Below, in pieces: positions 6,824-11,799 of a stretch of DNA of 11,799 bases. Numbering within the stretch: the stretch's first letter is position 1; each line of letters begins with the position of its first letter. A program made the position numbers and the translations under genes. The stretch lies in the UHGV virus genome UHGV-0101678. The stretch is one strand, 5' to 3'. Below the pieces are notes generated by a model, which worked only from the letters and a program-made list of their open reading frames with translations, had not been told where the DNA came from and did no database searches. Source of the DNA: a virus.

Positions 6824-7027
6824 ATGATTGATTTAACAGAACGCTATGAACTTATTAAAGCAATTAGCGAACGATTGAAAGAACAACCCAACAAACCAAA
6901 ACGAATCAAAGCATCACCTCTAAAACAAAATGACAGAATCAGAAGAATCGCTAAGTGGTGTCTTGATAAATTACCAAGTGATTGTCAGATTGTCGGTGAA
7001 GATGGTAATTATTATCTGGTTAGGTAA
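6824..7027 (+). CDS. hypothetical small basic protein, 67 aa; N-terminal paralogue of the preceding ORF
   Basis: ATG 6824 with RBS aaggtggtgg. The first 27 nt of the coding sequence are nearly identical to 6489-6515 (MIDLTERYE versus MNDLTERDE). Confidence 0.5.
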   Translation: MIDLTERYELIKAISERLKEQPNKPKRIKASPLKQNDRIRRIAKWCLDKLPSDCQIVGEDGNYYLVR

Positions 7028-7053
7028 CAAGAATTGGTTGGGTGAAAATCTAC

Positions 7054-7093
7054 GGGAGAGATTATCGAGTGACATCGGTAACTCTCCTTTTTT
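7054..7093 (+). terminator. hairpin plus T6 tract between the small ORFs and the tape-measure gene (attenuator or terminator candidate)
   Basis: gggagag (7054-7060) pairs with ctctcc (7082-7087) around a 21-nt loop, followed by tttttt (7088-7093). Confidence 0.4.
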
Positions 7094-7123
7094 GTATATG
7101 AACACTTAAGAGGTGAAACATGA

Positions 7124-9172
7124 ATGAGCAAATTCACAGTTGATAGTTTTATCGTTGAGCTAAGCTTCAATGAAAACGTTGTTAAGGGCTTGCAAAGAGT
7201 TGAAAAGGCAGCTTTGCAGTCAGCACAAAGAATTGAACGTAATTTGAATAGAGCGTTTAAGGTCGATACCAAGCAACTTGACAGCAATCTGACAAGTTCT
7301 TTAGGGCAACTTGAAAGGAAGTTTAATAAGACCTTTGACAAGATTGAGCAGCGTCTTAAAAACACTAGAGCGTTTAAGATTAAAACGGAAATTGAGGATA
7401 CTTTAAAGCCACTTAGACAGCCAAGACAGCCACGAATTAGCGGCAACAGAGCAATCACAGCAGCTTATTCAGCGAATATGTCTAAGCTAAAAGGTCTTAA
7501 CCCAATTGTCGAGAAATACATTAAGAGTCAGTTTTATGGGCTAGCTAGTAAAGCTGGTCAGATGGATAACACCAAGTTTAATGAAGCCCTTGCTAAACTA
7601 AATTCAAGTGTAAGAGAAGCAATCACTAAAGCCAGAGGTCATACATCCACCAGCATTAATGGTGACAGAGCAGCTAGCAGCCTTGATAACCTGTCTTCGG
7701 CAGCAGTCAAAACAGCAGGTGCATTTATCTCAATGCAGGCTGTATTAGCCAGTTATCAGAAGATTATGGAAGTTGGTTTACAGCGTGCAAGTGCTGAACG
7801 TTCAATTGATTTCGTATTTGATAAAGATGCAGGTCAGGTAAAAGAGTTCACAAAGTCATTAGCTCAAACAACGGGTTTAGATATCGCTGAACTGCAATCA
7901 CAGTTTGCTGGTTTTGGTGCTTCAGCTAAAGAATCTATGGGTATTCAAGGTTCTGAAGAACTTTTTAAAAATATGATTGGCTATGCTCGTCTGATGGGGA
8001 GAAGTGAAGAAGAGATTAAGCGAGCACTGACAGCATTATCACAGATGGCTGGTAAGGGTCAGATTATGGCTGAAGAGCTTAAGGGGCAACTGGCTGAAGC
8101 TGTTCCTGGTATGGTGCAGGTGTTCGCTAAAGCAACCGGAAAGAGTGAACAGGAATTATTTGATGCCATGAAGAAGGGGGCTTTAAAATCTGCCGATACT
8201 CTTCAGAAGGTCACTCAGGAACTGAATAAACAAATCACCGCTAAAGGTGGCTGGAAAGCCATTTCAGAAAGTACTCAGGCACAACTAGGGAACCTGAAAA
8301 ACTCTTGGAATACCACGCTTGATAGTATCTTCAGAGGTTCTGAAAATGGTCTTCAAGATTTCACAAGAAGCCTAACAACGCTTTTAAACGCTCTTGGTGG
8401 AAGTGGTAAAAGTCTTGGTGAATCTCTTGGTAGCTTGATGACTGATATGTCACATGGTGTCGATTCATTGACTGATATTTCTTACAAGGTGAGAGGTTTC
8501 TTTGATGAGGTGACATTGGCTTATCGTGGTTTAACCGATGAACAAAAGAAAGTTGTTGATGCTTTAGGTTCTGGCTTGATTAATAGTTTAAAAGTCTTGG
8601 CTGGTGTTATTGCTGTGAATAAAGTTGTTGGTGTAACCAGAAGTATTTACGGGCTTATGACTGCTATCACAAGATTAGGTCAGGTCGCTGATACTACAGC
8701 GGATAACGTGAATAGAAAGAACGGGAAACCATCAAGGTTTAATCTTGGGAATATGCTATTAGCTGGTAGTGCTATCTATGCAGGTTATGAGAGATTAGCT
8801 TCTACGCCTGAACGAATGGAAGCACAAGCTAAATTACCAGAGCTGGCTAAAGAGTCTGGACTTAAGCCAGTATTTACTATGGACGATGTGAAAGGTTGGT
8901 TTAATAGTGCAGCTATGAATCTTGCTAACTTCCAGCATCCAGAATTAATCACCATGAGACAAGATGCGGCATTAACGAATACGGATATCCAAAGCCTGAG
9001 AGATGAAATTAGTGCTTTGAGCAAACGTATTCAGGAGCCTGTGAAAGTTTCACTTGGTGGTGAAGTTGCCATTAAACCAGATGAAACCAGCTTTATGACC
9101 TTTAGCAGTAATATCTACGACCAATATGCAGAAGCTACGCTATTAAGTTCATCATTCCCAGAAGATGATTAA
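7124..9172 (+). CDS. tail tape-measure-domain protein, 682 aa
   Basis: Central segment GYARLMGRSEEEIKRALTALSQMAGKGQIMAEELKGQLAEAVPGMVQVFAKATGKSEQELFDAMKKGALKSADTLQKV matches the conserved tape-measure core motif (PG-containing helix pair). Overall the protein is long, helical and low-complexity as tape measures typically are. RBS agaggtg 8 nt upstream. Confidence 0.75.
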   Translation: MSKFTVDSFIVELSFNENVVKGLQRVEKAALQSAQRIERNLNRAFKVDTKQLDSNLTSSLGQLERKFNKTFDKIEQRLKNTRAFKIKTEIEDTLKPLRQPRQPRISGNRAITAAYSANMSKLKGLNPIVEKYIKSQFYGLASKAGQMDNTKFNEALAKLNSSVREAITKARGHTSTSINGDRAASSLDNLSSAAVKTAGAFISMQAVLASYQKIMEVGLQRASAERSIDFVFDKDAGQVKEFTKSLAQTTGLDIAELQSQFAGFGASAKESMGIQGSEELFKNMIGYARLMGRSEEEIKRALTALSQMAGKGQIMAEELKGQLAEAVPGMVQVFAKATGKSEQELFDAMKKGALKSADTLQKVTQELNKQITAKGGWKAISESTQAQLGNLKNSWNTTLDSIFRGSENGLQDFTRSLTTLLNALGGSGKSLGESLGSLMTDMSHGVDSLTDISYKVRGFFDEVTLAYRGLTDEQKKVVDALGSGLINSLKVLAGVIAVNKVVGVTRSIYGLMTAITRLGQVADTTADNVNRKNGKPSRFNLGNMLLAGSAIYAGYERLASTPERMEAQAKLPELAKESGLKPVFTMDDVKGWFNSAAMNLANFQHPELITMRQDAALTNTDIQSLRDEISALSKRIQEPVKVSLGGEVAIKPDETSFMTFSSNIYDQYAEATLLSSSFPEDD

Positions 9173-9329
9173 TAATAGTCGAATGCTACGTGAATAAAGC
9201 AAAGTTAATACCCACACTAAAAATTATTTTTTACGTAGCTCACGCTTAACAGAGAAAACACTTATATATCAAAGGCTTGGTTAAAAATGATTAAAACACA
9301 CTAAGCCTTTGAAATCAAAGGAGAATTTA

Positions 9330-10103
9330 ATGATTTTTAGCAATCAAATCCGCTACAGTGGCAAAGATGGCGTTTACTTCCACTTAAGAGATAATGTAGA
9401 TGCCTTCTTAACCTTATCAGCAACTGAAAACATGGAATTTGACAGCCCTATGCAGGTGACTACACAGAACATGCAATCAGGGCAAACCGTCACAGATAAT
9501 GTGCAAAGAGCACCCAGAACAATCACTATTAGTGGTGTCGTCGTAGTTGGCTATGAAGGAAGCTTATTATTAACTCGTCAAGGCCAATTAGTAGAAAACT
9601 TCATTGACACTCTTGAAAGCTGGCGTGACCAGAAGCAGATTATTTCGGTCATCTGTAAAGATGGTATCAAGATTGATGACTCCATTATTACGAGTTTTAA
9701 AGCCTCTAAAGATGTTGGTATTTCAAATGGTCTAAGAATCCAGCTAACTTTTCAGGAAATCAACTTTAAGGCTATTGTAGGGCAAACTGATATTTCAGCA
9801 GCCACTGGCAAAACGGCTACCACAAATGATGGTGGCGCTACCAGCAAAAAGAATGCGGGTAACGTGACTACTGAACGCAATAACGCACCTATGCTGATGT
9901 GTCAGGAACTGTACAGTTACTCAGCGTCTGAGCTATCTGATGAAGCATTAAAAGCCCGTAGTAATTGCTCTAAAAATGTCACGGTGAAAGATGGTGTAAG
10001 CACCTTCACAGACTCAGCTAATTCAGGTGCTGCAAAGGTACTCAAGTCGGGTAATGCTTTACGGAAGTTTTCTGTGAATCCGAACAAGAAGGGCACTTAT
10101 TGA
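9330..10103 (+). CDS. hypothetical protein, 257 aa; candidate distal-tail-type protein by position only
   Basis: Start set at ATG 9330 (RBS aaggag 7 nt upstream) rather than the track TTG at 9309. Lies immediately downstream of the tape-measure gene. No motif recognised. Confidence 0.6.
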   Translation: MIFSNQIRYSGKDGVYFHLRDNVDAFLTLSATENMEFDSPMQVTTQNMQSGQTVTDNVQRAPRTITISGVVVVGYEGSLLLTRQGQLVENFIDTLESWRDQKQIISVICKDGIKIDDSIITSFKASKDVGISNGLRIQLTFQEINFKAIVGQTDISAATGKTATTNDGGATSKKNAGNVTTERNNAPMLMCQELYSYSASELSDEALKARSNCSKNVTVKDGVSTFTDSANSGAAKVLKSGNALRKFSVNPNKKGTY

Positions 10104-10108
10104 GACAT

Positions 10109-10130
10109 AAAAAGGGGCTTCATAGCCCCT
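10109..10130 (-). terminator. rho-independent terminator for the integrase gene (hairpin between convergent genes)
   Basis: aggggct-tcat-agcccct perfect 7-bp stem (10113-10130). On the minus strand it is followed by TTTT(A), and it sits 6 nt beyond the integrase stop. Confidence 0.5.
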
Positions 10131-10135
10131 GATTG

Positions 10136-11656
10136 CTACAGTTGATAAGCGTCTATTTCTAGTAGCTCTTTTTCAGCAATTTCAAAGATAGATGTTCCAT
10201 CATTTAGAGGTAGCGGGTCTGTAGGAACAATTATTTCAGTGTCGTTCTGTAGCGTTACAGTTACCGAATCCTTACCCAATGTAAGCCCTTTTAGATGCTT
10301 GGACAAAATCAACTGACACTCGACACGACCCGCTTTAGTCATAAGGTCAATATCTTTAAGCTGGGGTAGTTCCTTATCAGTGAGTGAAGCCTTACGCCTC
10401 ATGTTATCAATCATGGTCTGTAGTTCTGTGCGCTTCTGGTTCAGTTCCTTAAGCTGAATTTTTAGTTCATCAATATCATCCATCTCAAGAAGTAGGGCGG
10501 TAGCTTTCTTGATTCTGGCTGTGACAATTTCAACCTCATGCTGTAGAGATGCAATCTTCCCCTCTGCTTCTCCATCATTCCCCACGTCAATCATCCCCAG
10601 AAAATTATCAATCATCCACTTATCAAACGGTTTACGCTTCAACGGTGGAACATCACAGCGACCGTCTAAGTGGTTATTGCACCTGTAGACCCCAGCATAC
10701 TTATTCTTAGTCCCTGTAGGGTGAACACTAGCCCCACACTGACACCGGAATAATCCCTTGAAGATGTTAATCGTTAATGGGTTATCACTTGCAGGTGTGC
10801 GACCTTTACGATTTTTATCGAGGATTTCTTGAGCTTTATTGAACGTTGAAGCATCTATAGCGGCTTCGTAGTAGTTCGGTATAGCGGGGCGGTCATTGCG
10901 CTGTGATGCTGGTAGTGTACCTCTCGTTGTCTCTGACCTTAAGATAGTACGCACAGAATGAACGCTAAAACCATTAGCATCTTTACGCCGTGAGAATGAA
11001 CTAATGTTATTAGCCTGTAGGTGACGGGCGATGTTATGCAGACTTTCACCATCTAGCAGCAGCTTGAAAATCAGTCTTACAGTCTCAGCGTGTTCATTGC
11101 ACTTGAAAGTATCGGGGTCAATCCATCCGGGAACCATCTTTGTAAGACGTTGTTCACCAGCAAGGGCAAGCTTTGCACGTTGTTTCCACTTCTGGCTAAC
11201 ACGGAAAGACTTCTGCTTAGACTCTTGATGAGCTACGTAGCTTTTAACGCGCTGGATGATTGAGATTCCTAAATCATCGGATAGAGCATCCCTTGTGTAG
11301 ATTAGCCCATCCTGTAGAGTGTGAATCTCGATACCATGAGCAATAATGCGATTCATCAAGGCTTCTGTTTCAAGATGTTCAAGGCGGCCTATGCGGTCGA
11401 TAGCTTCGACTAACAGAAGTGTACCTTCTGGAAACTCCCCAGACTCAATACGGGCTAACATGTCACCAAACTGACCAGTAAGATGCTTACCTTTGTAACC
11501 ACTCAACCCTTCATCACTGAAAGACGCTACTACTTGAGCATCGCTATTCTTCTTCAACCATTGCTTGAACAGGTCATTTTGTCGTCTGGTTGAATCTGCA
11601 CCTTCAGCGCCTTGTATGGCTGATGAGAATCTCAAGTATGTTATTACACTTCTCAT
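10136..11656 (-). CDS. large serine recombinase (integrase), 506 aa
   Basis: N-terminal catalytic domain (ITYLRFSSAIQ, EAIDRIGR), recombinase domain, a Cys-rich zinc ribbon (FRCQCGASVHPTG...YRCNNHLDGRC) and a C-terminal coiled coil give the typical large-serine-integrase architecture. Confidence 0.92.
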   Translation of the reverse strand: MRSVITYLRFSSAIQGAEGADSTRRQNDLFKQWLKKNSDAQVVASFSDEGLSGYKGKHLTGQFGDMLARIESGEFPEGTLLLVEAIDRIGRLEHLETEALMNRIIAHGIEIHTLQDGLIYTRDALSDDLGISIIQRVKSYVAHQESKQKSFRVSQKWKQRAKLALAGEQRLTKMVPGWIDPDTFKCNEHAETVRLIFKLLLDGESLHNIARHLQANNISSFSRRKDANGFSVHSVRTILRSETTRGTLPASQRNDRPAIPNYYEAAIDASTFNKAQEILDKNRKGRTPASDNPLTINIFKGLFRCQCGASVHPTGTKNKYAGVYRCNNHLDGRCDVPPLKRKPFDKWMIDNFLGMIDVGNDGEAEGKIASLQHEVEIVTARIKKATALLLEMDDIDELKIQLKELNQKRTELQTMIDNMRRKASLTDKELPQLKDIDLMTKAGRVECQLILSKHLKGLTLGKDSVTVTLQNDTEIIVPTDPLPLNDGTSIFEIAEKELLEIDAYQL

Positions 11657-11744
11657 GGTGATAAACTCTCATGCAATTGATTATCATTTAAAGATGAACT
11701 TATAAACGTTATGGCTAATGCTACAATGCCGAATAGCTACAATA

Positions 11745-11757
11745 CAATGACCCTTGA
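11745..11757. repeat. 13-bp direct repeat, copy 2 (caatgacccttga), at the compositional boundary next to the integrase gene
   Basis: Exact match to 88-100. Immediately followed by GC-rich sequence (11758-11799, about 60% G+C by count), unlike the rest of the window. Confidence 0.3.
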
Positions 11758-11799
11758 TTTACCTCGCCGCTTCCCCTGGCCGACGTTACTTTCGGTCTG

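Noticed and set aside
6795-6826. Possible -1 programmed frameshift (A6G slippery heptamer at 6807-6813) joining the two small ORFs as a chaperone G/GT pair
   Set aside because: The slippery-looking run lies after the stop codon of the first ORF (taa 6795-6797), and the -1 frame is closed by tga at 6821-6823 immediately before the second ATG. The A-run is simply part of the RBS region.
1-11799. CRISPR array, rRNA or tRNA genes
   Set aside because: No regularly spaced 25-40 bp repeats with unique spacers, and no sequence resembling rRNA or tRNA cloverleaf signatures was seen.

Overview
AT-rich accessory-type DNA (roughly 40% G+C by eye, not computed) that looks like the right-hand part of an integrated mobile element; every call below is from reading the sequence and ORF track, with no database search run. 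The right end carries a 506-aa large serine recombinase (integrase) on the minus strand, followed by an abrupt shift to GC-rich sequence after about 11758, which I take as the element/host junction. Upstream of it, all on the plus strand, sit a tail-like block (236-aa ORF, two small paralogous ORFs, a 682-aa tape-measure-domain protein, a 257-aa ORF), a 527-bp structured non-coding region driven by a near-consensus promoter, and a tightly packed operon of small genes including a ribbon-helix-helix protein and a degenerate HNH-like protein. The left 3.3 kb is gene-poor and holds a Hin/Tn3-family small serine recombinase with a res/hix-like binding-site cluster upstream, plus a Dam-family N6-adenine methyltransferase fused to a resolvase-type HTH; this module is bracketed by a 25-bp near-perfect direct repeat (156-180 and 3235-3259). 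No capsid, portal or terminase genes, rRNA, tRNA or CRISPR array were seen. The combination of integrase, tape-measure gene and absence of head genes suggests a phage satellite or heavily reduced prophage, but this is inference.
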